Origin: Penicillus capitatus
Lineage: Eukaryota; Plantae; Chlorophyta
Reading direction: 5' to 3'
Length of the DNA: 64,000 nt
NCBI GenBank assembly: GCA_965649825.1
Contig: OZ287702.1
Location: 372,001-436,000, forward strand
A model generated the notes under the pieces. That model did no database searches and was not told where the DNA came from. It worked only from the letters and a program-made list of their open reading frames with translations. Below are positions 49,954-61,557 of this stretch, piece after piece (position 1 is the first letter of the stretch; every line of letters starts with the position of its first letter). Both the position numbers and the translations under genes were made by a program.

Positions 49954-52900
49954 CTAGATATCTAAATCCAGCGTCCCGATCTGATACTTGGCCAGTGTCC
50001 TAAGCCGCCGTCCTTTCGAGACGCGATCTCCGAGATGGATGGCGGCCTTACCGGTGGGCGGAATCGCTGGTTTCGTGGGCTTCCATGTAGAGGTCGGTGC
50101 CATCTTTGCCGATAATATCTTCGATGTTGTCGAGTCCTCCCGGATGTATTTTCATAAACTGATCCATCTCGTAGATCTTGTCATTGATCACCGTCCAGTT
50201 CTCCCCTTCCTCGACACGGAACTGAAATTCTTCAGGGGTGATATGAAGTAAACCGTCTCCATCCTCTGTCACTGATAGACATGACAAACGAACAGAGGCC
50301 AAAGAAAGAGTCCTTACGCGTCGGGTTTTCGGCTGTTGGCGGAAGCCAATTGTCTGGAATCGTCACCTGTCAACAAGATCGAATGCTTTATCGTCTAGAC
50401 AGCAATATCTAACCGTACTTCGCTCTTTCGGGGTGCAGCTCGAGCCAAGGATGACTTGCGTTGGGCAGAACTCGTCGTCGATCTGCGGAAATTGTTATGG
50501 AATGGAAAAGCAGTCCATTGAGTTACTGCATAGGCGGCGATGTCTGAATGGCGCTTTTCGTGGTGACTTTATCGCCAAAGGATTTTGCAAAAGCAGCTTC
50601 CTCCTGTTTTGCATCTATTCTGTTCTCCGTTACCGGCAGCTGTCTTGTCTTGTCTGAGCTTCGCGGGACGAATAACAGAATTGCCTGCGCTGTCGATTGA
50701 GCAGACCGAATGTCGGCAATAGATTCTGACGATGATCGCGATAGTGAACGCGTAGAACAGTTGAAAGGCGGTGACGCTGGCAGCCAACAGACGCAATGAC
50801 GTCCACACTTGAAAGAAGCCTAGGGCATAGACGGCATAGTCGACGACTCGATTGAGCTTCTTCCATCCAGGAACCCATCGATCTCTGCTGAACGTATTCA
50901 AACTCAGCAAAGCCTGCAGAGGGGATATAAAGAACAAGAGATAGGCGAGCACGCCATGAGCATAATCTGCGTGTCCCTATAACACGTCTGCTCGAATGGA
51001 TGGATTCGAGGAGGGAGCGTGCCTCGGCGTGTGCGAGAGCAATGATTTCGCCGATGAAGACAAACGATGTCGATAGGATCTGCATAAACAGGTGTCCTTT
51101 CCTCCAGTCTCTCCATCCGCGACCAATCCGTTCCGTTAAAGCGGCAGCAACGCCAAAGAGACCGAATCCTGTGCAGGCATCAGTGCCGTTGTCAAAGGAG
51201 GGATCGGCGTTGCGTGGATGACCTATTGCAACGAGCCAGACGTGGGCCAAGAAGATGGTTCTGTTGTCTCTGACGGCGCCGATATCTTTCGAAACGACGC
51301 TGCCGGATTCGAATCTGGCGCCCGTTGGCGTCGGCGCAGGATCCGAAGTTGGCGTCTCCGATGGCTCGCTTGTCGCCGGTTCATCAAAAACCGAGAGATC
51401 TGGCTGGATATCTGTTTTTCCTCGCCTACATCCGCATTCTCCCGTAGTTAAGGACCTGCCGACGCACAAGATGTGCTTACCCCATCGGTCCGTGATATTG
51501 GAGTCCGCCAGTCGTTGAGCTAAAGGCGTAGATGACAGGGATCGTGGCTGGGTCGATATCTCTGTCAGAGCTGTCGCCGGTTTGGAGTTTCCTCTTGAAG
51601 TGCGCTTTCATCGTTTCTCCTTCTACCGTGCAGGTGACATCCATCAGATCGTCTGTTCCGCCATTTGCTGAATCTTCTGTCGGCGCAACAAAACCTGTCG
51701 ACCAATAGTCTCCAACCGTACATCCGCCAGATCCGTCTGCCACTGCGGCGAACACATCCGCATCCATCATGTTCAGACTCGGACCAGGTATGCCTATCGC
51801 TGCGAAACCTTGACCTGTGCAAGCAAGGGAGATAACGGCAGATGTCCAACTGGCAGTAGCGCATACCATTGAAATTTAAATCGAAAGCAATCTCGTCTCG
51901 AAAGAGCTCATACGTCAAAACGAAATCGCCCGAATCCACCAGCTGCACCTCTCCTGTCGTGCTCACGGGTGTCGGCTCCGTCTGTTGAAACACACCCAGT
52001 ATCGAGACTCGTTGGCGACGGTATCGTCAACGTACTGTCGTCGGTTCGGTTGATGTCGGTGTCTCTTCTGTCGTCGTCGGGCTGGACGTGGTCGGCGTGG
52101 TGGACGATGTATCTCCAGGTGGCATCGATGTCCGAGCAGTGACATCAATACGATAGGGCTTCTCTCTGATAACAATTGCAGAAAGAAATCTGCAATACCG
52201 TGTCTATGGTCTCACCGCATCGTAGCCGGATCCACGACGGTCGTCCCTTCATCGTAGACGAAGAGGACGTTCGTATAGCCATCATTGATGAAAGGCCAAT
52301 CAAAGTTGTCTCCTGTATCCAGGCGACGGTTGAGCTGCACATTCAGATAGCCGCCAGTAACATCGCAGAACGAAGAGATGGCGTTATCGACGCCGCCAAG
52401 CGAAATATCGAGCGAAATGTCGGAGGGCGATTCAGCCCAGTAGTCTCGCACGGAACACAAACCGAAGCTATTGGCTGAGATTTTAACGAAATCGGCGCCG
52501 TTCAGTCCTCCTTCCGGTCCTTCCAGTGCAATACCCATCCATGCTGGTCCTTCGACTGCCGACAAAAGATCGCATTTTGCGAAATAGCGTATGAAAGACG
52601 GCCGACGTACGTTGCATTGTCATCGAAGCATCCAACCACTCGATACCCTCGATCGTCTTCGTCTTCCAGGTAAACCTCATGTTCTTCGCCTCATCGATGA
52701 TGATCGAACCGTCGTTCAAATCCGTTCCCGTCTCCGTCGCGACGGGCGTCGTCGTCGTCGGAGAAGCTGGTGACGATGTAAAGGGAGCGAAGAAATCGAT
52801 GGACGCTTTGCCACGACGCAGGGCCCTTTCCAGAAATGGAGACGTTTTCCATGCGTGAAGCATGATCTGTGGTGTTGCTCTTACGAGTGATATTCGAGTT

Positions 52901-55470
52901 GATGTGACGTCGAGTGCCACGCAAAGATCACCGGCGTCTCTCCAGTTTTCCGAATCGATCTGTCGAACGCGTCGTTCGCCTCGACGCTGCGCCGAAACAC
53001 GATCGTCGTCGTTCCGTCGGAATGAGATCCCGAAATGAGCTCGACGTCATTCGTCCCGCCAAGCGACGTGTCGAGCACAGGCGCCGCAAAAGTCTCGGCC
53101 CAATAATCATCAACGACGGCGTTTCCAGCCTCGAACCGAGCAATGGCGATATCTGCCCCCACCATGGCACTCGAGGCATCTACCCAATGGTCCCCTTTTT
53201 TGAGCGCGTCACCAATGATGCGTTTACCTTCTGCCACACCAATGCCGATCCAACCGTCCGTTCGGCACGTTAGTGTGAACGTCAGGTACTCTCGATTTTT
53301 CGAAGTGTCCAATTCCCACGCGACATCGTAGACGCCAGTTTTCAGTTCCTCGCTTGCGGTTGTCGTGGTGACGACGGTATCGGCAGAAGGGGCTACTGTT
53401 ACAGACCCGGATGTCTCTGTCCTTCGCAGAGGCCACGGCTCGTCTGGATTCGAGACATAGATATTCTGTGGCAATGTTTGGATGTTCGTATTCCGCAGGA
53501 TGACATCTCGAAGACCTACAACGCTCATCACGCCTTCACGCCGTGACTTATGTGCGAGAAAACCTGTTCGCCGAATCTCGTTGATCTCGTCTGCAGTGAA
53601 CAGCCCGTTGTTCTCGTTTTCGAAGTAAAATCGATCGCCGTCTCGAATGCGTCTGTATTGGTCGGCCATGGAGGTGTAGAACAGCTCGCCGAGATTGGAC
53701 TCTCCATAGAGATCTTCGGCCAGTCCACCGACGAAAGACTCCACCTAAGAATGCGCCGAGATTGTCTCATTTCCAGAGAGGCGTGCTCAGGCCAACGTTG
53801 TCGACGGTCACGTACACTTCCTCCAGCTGTCTCTGCAGGTAGATATCGGAAGTGATGTCGCTAAAGTCCCGCGCCTGGAGTAGTCCGAGCGCCGAACGCG
53901 CGATGTTGTAGCTCGGTATTCCGTGATCACTGATACGACAGTCATGCGTTTAGTTGCATGTTGGCCTCTTTCCTTACCGTCCACGTTGCACCGTGGTCGC
54001 CAAGAGGTCGCTGCCGCCGAAGGCAGGCACACCGAACAAGTAATTTTGCAACGCGCTTGCAAAATGCGGCGCCACTTCGGTTTGCTGCATAAAAGAGGCA
54101 CCTCTGATCAACGGTTCGATGCCAGCCGATAGTGATTGCGTTGGGAAGAAAAAGGAGTTTTTGAGCAGGATGTAGTCATCGTCGATGTTCATACCGTCAT
54201 CATCCACTCGGGCAATGACATCGTTCACCTCGGCATGACCGTATCGGTAAGAAACCGTCGCAAAGAAATTGTCGACTCCTAAGATCGATCGATCGATCGA
54301 TCGAATGCGAAGAAGTGGACGAAACGCATACCTGGATTGACGGTGCTCTTGTATCCAGCGTAGGGCGCCAGTTGTATGCCGAGAAGCGGAATGTACTCGT
54401 AGTAGCAGATCGACTGCAAGAAAGCGACATTCCACTTTCGAGCCTCTTGATAGATCTCTTCGTCGTTCCACTCGGAATGCTCCGTCGAAATCTTATCGGC
54501 GAGACGATTGTGCTCGCGAACAAAGATCGATTGAAGAGCGAGCAGCACCGGATTGACATTCGCACGAACATCGCCCGCAGCCCTGACGATCGAAAACGAT
54601 CGACGACGGTTGCCGCTGAATCGAGGACACGCACCGCAGTTCGTTATCGGCTTCTCTTCCCGCGGGATTGGCCATCGCGACGCCCATCGTATTCCTCGGC
54701 AGTTCGCCATTGTATATAAGCATCTTCCCTCCATGATGCGTGCGCAGCTTGTCCGCTGTGAGAGCATCCGATCCGTAAACCACACTGCCATCGAGATACG
54801 CCGTAATGGTATTGATCTGGATAACGACAAAGGCATCCTCTATCGACGCATGCGCAACGTATGATCACTACTTGTTGTCGTGCGCCGTCTGCCACTTCTC
54901 CTCTCGAGCGGACCATCGTCAACCACTTCGACGCTGCATTCGCGTCGCTGCATTTTTCTTTGTTGAAATGCATGTCGCAATGTGCGATTTCGATGTCGAT
55001 GTGATTCGTTGGTTCGTCTTCACCCTCAGCCCGCAGATCGATATCGTGATTGAAAAGCTGTCCGATATACGTCAGCATATCCGTCTTGTGCTGGATGTTT
55101 CGTTGCCGGTTACGGTAGGCCGGCAGTGTCAAGCCAAGACTGATCTCACGTGCACTCTTTGTAAAAGCGAACTACAATACTCCGAATCGCACTCACACGT
55201 AAGACATCTCTAACGGCGTTATGCTGGCTTACGTTGATATCACCCGACTCTCCATATCCCGCCGCCACCGGAACCTGCTCGCGTAAGAACAGCTCACCCA
55301 CTGACCTGTCCATACTTCGAATCGTATTCTCGATAGCGAAAGCCGCACCCCCAATTGTCATGAACGAGATTGTTGCCGCGTCCATCATAGGAATAGTAAG
55401 GCACTCCATTCGCCGCAACGACGCCGTAGAGTACGAAAAGAAGGATCCATCTCTCGAGTCGCACACGCAT
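49954..55470 (-). CDS. Multidomain membrane redox protein: signal peptide - animal-type heme peroxidase - DOMON x3 - cytochrome b561-like (5 TM) - cytochrome b5; about 20 short introns
   Basis: MRVRLERWILLFVLYGVVAA signal; YSYDGRGNN, GQLFNHD, TAYLDGSVVYG, GDVRAN, REHNR, YRYGH, FQQ-like YQYRRIRDGDRFYFEN region; three GADxA-type DOMONs; His-bearing TMs; HPGG..EAH. I traced contiguous splice junctions from start to stop. Confidence 0.85.
50977..51022 (-). other. GC-AG intron (46 nt) in the b561 region
   Basis: GAG|GCACGC...TTATAG|GGA; restores the frame to GHADYAHGVLAY while keeping TM2 full length. Confidence 0.7.
54283..54304. repeat. (GATC)5 palindromic microsatellite inside a peroxidase intron
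   Basis: gatcgatcgatcgatcgatcga. Confidence 0.9.
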
Positions 55471-56107
55471 GACGCCAATCGATGGAGGGGGCGAGGCATC
55501 CAGGGGCCTTACAATCGTTCATGACGATGCATTGATCAAAAAGATCAAAACGATTTCGCACGTCTTCAAAGCGTCTGTTGACCTCGTCGTCCTCATGGGA
55601 CTCATCGGTTTTCTCTTGACACAAGCCGCCGTCTCGTCCGTTGCCCTTGGAGCTCTCGAAAAGCGCGGAATCATCGAGTGAGACGCAACGACTCTATGGA
55701 CGCTGTTCTTAACCAACGGCACTCGACACATTGCAGAATCAAGAGGAAAAGCATTCGGAACGACAGAATGCGACAAGCCATTGCTTGCGCCGTACGCCGC
55801 CCCCTTCTGCATTCCTCTTTACCTAGAAGGGCATCGATCAGGTGGATATGGGAGGAGGTGTGTACGATTTTGCAGAGGATTGCTGCAAGAGACTCATTGT
55901 ACATGTGTGTCTATGCTCCGTGCGATTCCTCTCTCTAAAGCTGCTTATAGGGAAAGCGGCATCTCGAAGGTCAAGCTCGAAATGCGCGTTCGTGAGTGGC
56001 TATTCCACGAGTGACGATAACGACTTAGAATGATCCACATTGTTGTCGGTGTTTAATAATATGTACGACGCGTTCTTCTTCTCTCCGTCATCTGTCGCAT
56101 CTTCAGC

Positions 56108-58333
56108 ATGCAAGCAGCCGCCGACGAAGTGCCCATCTCTCTGTTCCGACACAGGAGAGCGGGTGTCTGCGTTAGGCTTCGGCACGGTCGAGAGAAAACG
56201 AGCTTCTCATCTTGGCAGCGAGCACAGGCTTTTCGGCAGATGTGCCAATATGTGCGTGTCGTTTCGTGACGTCGTTGACGCGTTTGTATAGGTCGAGAAG
56301 CTCGTCGCCGATGGCGCGGACGTCCACTGCATGGACAAAGAGGGAACGCCTCTATTGCACTTTCCGTCAGCGAAAGGACACATAGATATTGTCAAGTTCC
56401 TGGTTTCCAAAGGTCTTTCTGTGCAATACTCGAAAGCTGCCGTACATGACAAGGTGACGTTTCCGGGGTGCAGGGGCGGAACTCGAAGAGGACGCTGCAG
56501 GGCAAACAGCACTGCACTGGGCAGCCCGAGGCAATGCTTATGAGGTTGTGAAGTACTTGCTGACAGTAGGGGCATGGGTGGATGCCTACGACAGCAATGA
56601 TGACACAGCCTTGCACATTGCCATACGGTGTGCTGTCACATCAGGAGATCTCTTGCGCAGACAAGGGACTTTCAGTGGAGGTCACATCAAAACGGTAGAA
56701 AGTCTGTTGGAGGGAGGGGCCAAGATGGAGTTGACGAACAGTCGAAATCTGACGGCACTGGGCGAAGCCATTACGGTTAAAAATGCACACATCGTTGAAA
56801 TGCTCATCGACAAAGGAGCAGATGTTCGTCGCATTTCCAAGGGGTGTGTCCGATCTCACTCTTTTTGGGAAGCTAGTAAAGAGGAATGGAATGGATAGAT
56901 TCAGTTTTCTCCATCTGGCTGCGGGATTGGGATCTTTGCCTGTGCTTAAGATCCTCCTACAGCACCTGAGTCCCGAAACGGTGGTGCATCCGAGAGGTGT
57001 GACGCCGCTTCATTGTGCCACCATGCAATCGGTACCCGCTTCCGTTGTCCGTCTTCTCATCGATCACGGATCGGACCCGCACACCTCTGACGATCACAAC
57101 AAGTGGGACTTCTTCTGTGGATGGTCACACTTTCTGATGTGACATATGCGTGTGCGACGTTAGACTTCCATTGGATTGGGCGAAGGAAGGAGGAAACGAA
57201 AACGATGAAGTTTTGAAACTGCTCTCGGTCGGAGAAAGAAAAAAGAAACGATCCCATCGGAGGAGTCGCTCCACAGTAGTGACCGAGATCGAGCCAGCCG
57301 ACAGTCCGGAGGGAGAATGGATTGATTTTCAATGCATGACCTACGAAGACAAGCTCCGACAAGTTCCGTCATACCGTTCGTTCATCCAACTGTTGACCAA
57401 CGTGCTTTTTCAGGTGGAAGTATGGGCGCGTTCCAAGGATGAGTATCTAAACGATCTGGTGTTTTTGGACGACGACTCTCGCAAAGCGGTGGCTCTCGTT
57501 GGGAATTTTATGCGGATGTTGGAATGCCGTATGGCCATCGAACGTCTCCAGTCTGACGAAAAATTCCAAGAAGACGCTAGCGATCCTCAAGTCCAGAAGG
57601 CTGTGGCAGAATGCACGGAACATCCACAAAACATTCGAAAGTGTGACCTGGCAGCTCACTCTTCTGTTCTCACACACTGTCGTCTTCCAGATTTGCATCG
57701 AACGAGAAGATCATGGGTGTTTTGGTGAAGCTGAAACGCCTGTCCGAGATTCTCCGGAGAAACGGTCAAATGAAAGTGGTCTACGAGGAACTGCTTCACT
57801 CGCAAGAGAGCGCCGATCTCGGCGCGGATGAAGAGAAGATGACCACAGCCGAACTCGAAAGCGCGCTCAAGACAGCAAAAGAAACGGTTGTCAAGGCCGT
57901 TATGGGAGGTTCGCCCGTCTCACAGCTTCCTCCCAGCTTCGTGATCCTCGCATCCAGGAGCGTCATCTGCCTCCAGGAAGCAGGATGAAGGCGGCGCCTG
58001 GTGGGGAATAGATGGCAGAGGTGACATGACAGATGACCACCATCTCAAACTGGGCCCCACGACTTTTCTCAAGGTATCTCCCTTTGTCGCTTTTCTCTCC
58101 AACCTGTCACATCATGTCACTCCATGTTGTTTCAGTTTCTGCGACAGCTATTCTTGGCCTTGTTGGTTTTTGGCTTGATGGTAGTTGGGATGTACCTAAC
58201 CGATTCGCTGCCATCTCAGCATCCGCACTACGCCTCCCCAGGAAACGACGCCTCCATTTCGCCGGCTTTCATGACTAACGACCACGGCATCCACGTCCGA
58301 CTGAATGAAGGAAACTTCAACCCCGAGCTCTAA
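56108..58333 (+). CDS. Ankyrin-repeat protein with STI1/DP-like segment and C-terminal TM helix, about 9 introns
   Basis: GTPLLH..KGHIDIVKFLV, GQTALHWAA, DTALHIA, GVTPLHCA; DPQVQKAVAECTEHPQNI; LFLALLVFGLMVVGMYL. Confidence 0.75.
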
Positions 58334-58338
58334 ATGAT

Positions 58339-58366
58339 CGAATCGGATCGGATCCAATCCGATTCG
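58339..58366. repeat. Perfect 10-bp inverted repeat (hairpin) just after the ankyrin gene stop
   Basis: CGAATCGGAT-N8-ATCCGATTCG. Confidence 0.8.
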
Positions 58367-58565
58367 TTACGGCTCGTCGACGTCCGGTCAGATAACGACC
58401 GCTGACTTGTACTTCGTAGTCCAGACGCGACGCTTTAACCGCAGCTCTCGTGTGTTCGTGCGGCTGTGCGTGCGTGTGTACGTGCATTGTTCGACTTTGC
58501 CGGTATCGTTGTTGTCCGTGTTGCGCTGTTCGGATTGACATTTTGTCGTTCTTGACAAAAAGACA

Positions 58566-61078
58566 ATGGACCTCCCTCAACGCGACACCACGTCGACCCC
58601 CATGACAAACGCTCTATTCGTCGGTGGACCCTTCGCCTTGACACCCGACGAAACACTCGCTCGCATGACGCACGCTTTTAACAAGAACCCCGACCGTCGC
58701 GCTCTCTCAGCCGAATCCGTCGTCGTCGCTTTCGTTTCGATCGCCTACGCCGCTTTAAAAGTATGCCGTCGCTGACAGACGAAGGATCTGGATGTGCCGG
58801 TAGGTCTACGTCGTGGAGGTGTTGCAAGGAACGGTGAAAAACGTTTTGGCCAAGACGGCAGCTGCCGCCGCCTCTGAACGTATCTTTGACGATACCATCG
58901 TCACTTTCCTGAGCGAAGGCAGCACTTCGCAGATCGATCCAACGTTCAATCGTTTGCGTATCCAGAGCAAGAAGGTTCGACGATGGAGGACGGGATAGAT
59001 AAGAGTGTATGTTCGTTCGGGCAGGTCCGTGATGCACTCATCGGTGAAAAGGAGACGGAAGTGCTGAACGCCGCGAGTCGCACCGTCCGCGTCACGCGAC
59101 GGGACGTGGAGGAATGGACGCGAACGTGGCTCGAGAAAGTCGCGGCGACCTGTCGCGAAGCTCTGACGTCGTCGGGTTGTCACACGGACCGGATCCACAG
59201 CGTCGAAGTGTGCGGAACCGCCGCACGTCTTCCTTTCGTACAAATGCGAATCGAAAGCGTTTTTGGCAAAGCCCTGAGTGATCTTGGCCCCGATGCTGAT
59301 CCACCACCGATCCCAACGCCACCCATGGCATCGTGTTGGGGATCGGATCCTTCCCATGGATTGTTTAAGAATGTCAAAGGGAATGTCTTTGCCTTGAGTC
59401 CATCCGCACGACGCCGAAGCTCTGCACACACAAACCATACGTTCGGCGGATTCTCTTTCACCGATACAGCCGCCATGATGAAGAAAGTCAAAAAACAACG
59501 TATCAGTCAGCCAGATGGCAAAGGAGGATCTCAGATGGTGGAAGTGACCAACTGTGTGTTCCACTGTACCTATTGACTGGTTGGATGTTGATGTGCCGGA
59601 TCTAGGGTTGACTTTACTACCGAAGAGCTTCTGTACGAAGAAGGAAACGGAGTTTGAAAAGAAGTACCGCGATTTGCCGATCGATGGGCTCAAGGCGCTT
59701 CAGACCTGTCAACGGCTGACAGTGCAAGAGGATACCATGATCGGAGACGAAAGCTTGCCGATCTTCGAAATAGGAAACTACACGTGCGTTCAGAAAATTC
59801 AAAGAACGAATTTTTCAGTGATCTACACAGCCTTTGACAAGACAGTGCGTGCCTCTACGGTTACAGACGGCATTCTATGTCTCACTCTTTTGTGTGATCA
59901 GAATGGAAGGGACGTCATTTTGAAACGGCCTTTGATCAAAGGCGACTGCCCCGTGTGGCTGCAAGACGAAGTGAAGATGTTAAGGAAGTGCCAGGGATCT
60001 CACGTCGTCGAAATCCTCGACGAATTCATTGAAGATGGCATGCCTTACTTGGTACTCTCACTCTTTCCCGCCGCCACAAATGCGACAGCCAATCGATCTA
60101 GGTCCTGGAAAAGATGGATTGTGATTTCTTTCAAATGTTGACGAGGATCACATCGCTCACCGAAGCCGACAGGAAAGCATACATCATCATGCTTTTGAAA
60201 GCCATCAAGACAATTCATGACAACAACGTTGTCCACGGAGATATTAAACCTGAGAACATGCTCTATTCTAAAGGAGGTCGGCGCGCAGGACGACGTCCCC
60301 TCTTGTGTCCAAGGGCACTTTGTGGTGGATCTAGTGGGGATTAAGCTTGCGGATTTTGGAAGTGCGACGATGGATGGAGAGACTGTCCGCGGTCGACCTC
60401 CTGTGCGTCTGCGCATCATACATCTGCTGAACGGGATCAGATCCTGGCTGTTGTGTAGTATATTCGAACGTATCGCGCACTGAATCTCTTCAAACGTCCA
60501 TCTGAGAAAGACAAGACATCTGATATGTGGGCCGTCGGCATGTTCCATCAAGGTCACATCATCATCACTCTTGCCGTGATGATGATCCCTCTGCCTTGCA
60601 GATCTGGTGATGACGACACCGCATTGGTCAAACTCTAGAAACGATCACGAACAGATGAAGAAAATCCAGAAAGAGATCAGCGCCGACTTTATCGAACACA
60701 TCGACGAATTCAATGCAGTAGGCTCGCTGCCGGTAATGCATGATCCGGCAGAGACGTGTTTGTGTGTTCAGCTTGATACGAACGAACACCTCTTCATGCG
60801 TTGCCTTTCGAGAATCCGTTCGACCGATCGGATGACAGGTACTGTCAACACGATCCTTCTGCCCGTTCACCTGCCGAGTGCCTGTTACTGTAGTGACCGA
60901 ATGCCTTGGACATCCATGGATTCGCGATGGATGCAAGCCGACGCCTATCGATCAGCTTCCTGGCCTTGCCGATTTGCAATCAGGTGTGACCTGTCACATC
61001 ACACCCCTGCAAACGACGCATGCGCTTCGCGCAGCATTAGGTTCTGCCAAGAGAAAGCGAGACTGGGGAAGTCTGTAG
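58566..61078 (+). CDS. Degenerate Hsp70/Hsp110 nucleotide-binding-domain fragment followed by Ser/Thr kinase domain (probably one spliced gene)
   Basis: ERIFDDTIV..RLRIQSKK|VRDAL..VTRRDVEE..DRIHSVEVCGTAARLPFVQ..VFGKAL; VILK, DEV, HGDIKPEN, KLADFG, SDMWAVG, RMTVTECLGHPW. Confidence 0.65.
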
Positions 61079-61305
61079 TGCGACCACGATCTGATGGCGG
61101 TGTGCGAACGAGGAGAGAGATGACACAGCGTGTCATACTTGCAATGTTTTTTATAACATGTGCAACATAAGTTTCAGCAATTAGTGGCGGCTAGAGGGAT
61201 GATGCAGCAACATGACGACTGTGGTGCATCACGAGGAACAAGAAGGCATGCTTTTCCGTCCATGTACAGTTTCTTTAAACATAACTTTGCCGATGGATAC
61301 CCCCT

Positions 61306-61557
61306 TCAGCTATTCGCTTCTTCACATGCATCAATCCAGTCGCAGTACACATCGACCGGTTCGTCCAGTGGACTGATGTGTGTCTCGAACCGACTGCCAC
61401 ATGCATCGCATAGAACCGTACCGATGCCACGTTCTCGGTCGAGTTTCGTCGACACGGTCTCTTCGCCGCAGCAGAAAGGACAGGTGAACTGTTTCGGCAG
61501 TCTTTCCTTCGGCTTGCTCGTTGTGGGCTTGCGCTGTGAAGAACGACGTTTTCCCAT
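61306..61557 (-). CDS. ELF1: Transcription elongation factor Elf1/ELOF1, intronless
   Basis: MGKRRS..LPKQFTCPFC..CDACG..LDEPVDVYCDWIDACE. Confidence 0.96.
   Translation of the reverse strand: MGKRRSSQRKPTTSKPKERLPKQFTCPFCCGEETVSTKLDRERGIGTVLCDACGSRFETHISPLDEPVDVYCDWIDACEEANS

Noticed and set aside
54283-54304. (GATC)5 as a functional element or introner signature
   Set aside because: Single occurrence; the introns I read share no sequence similarity with each other apart from the arsM duplicates
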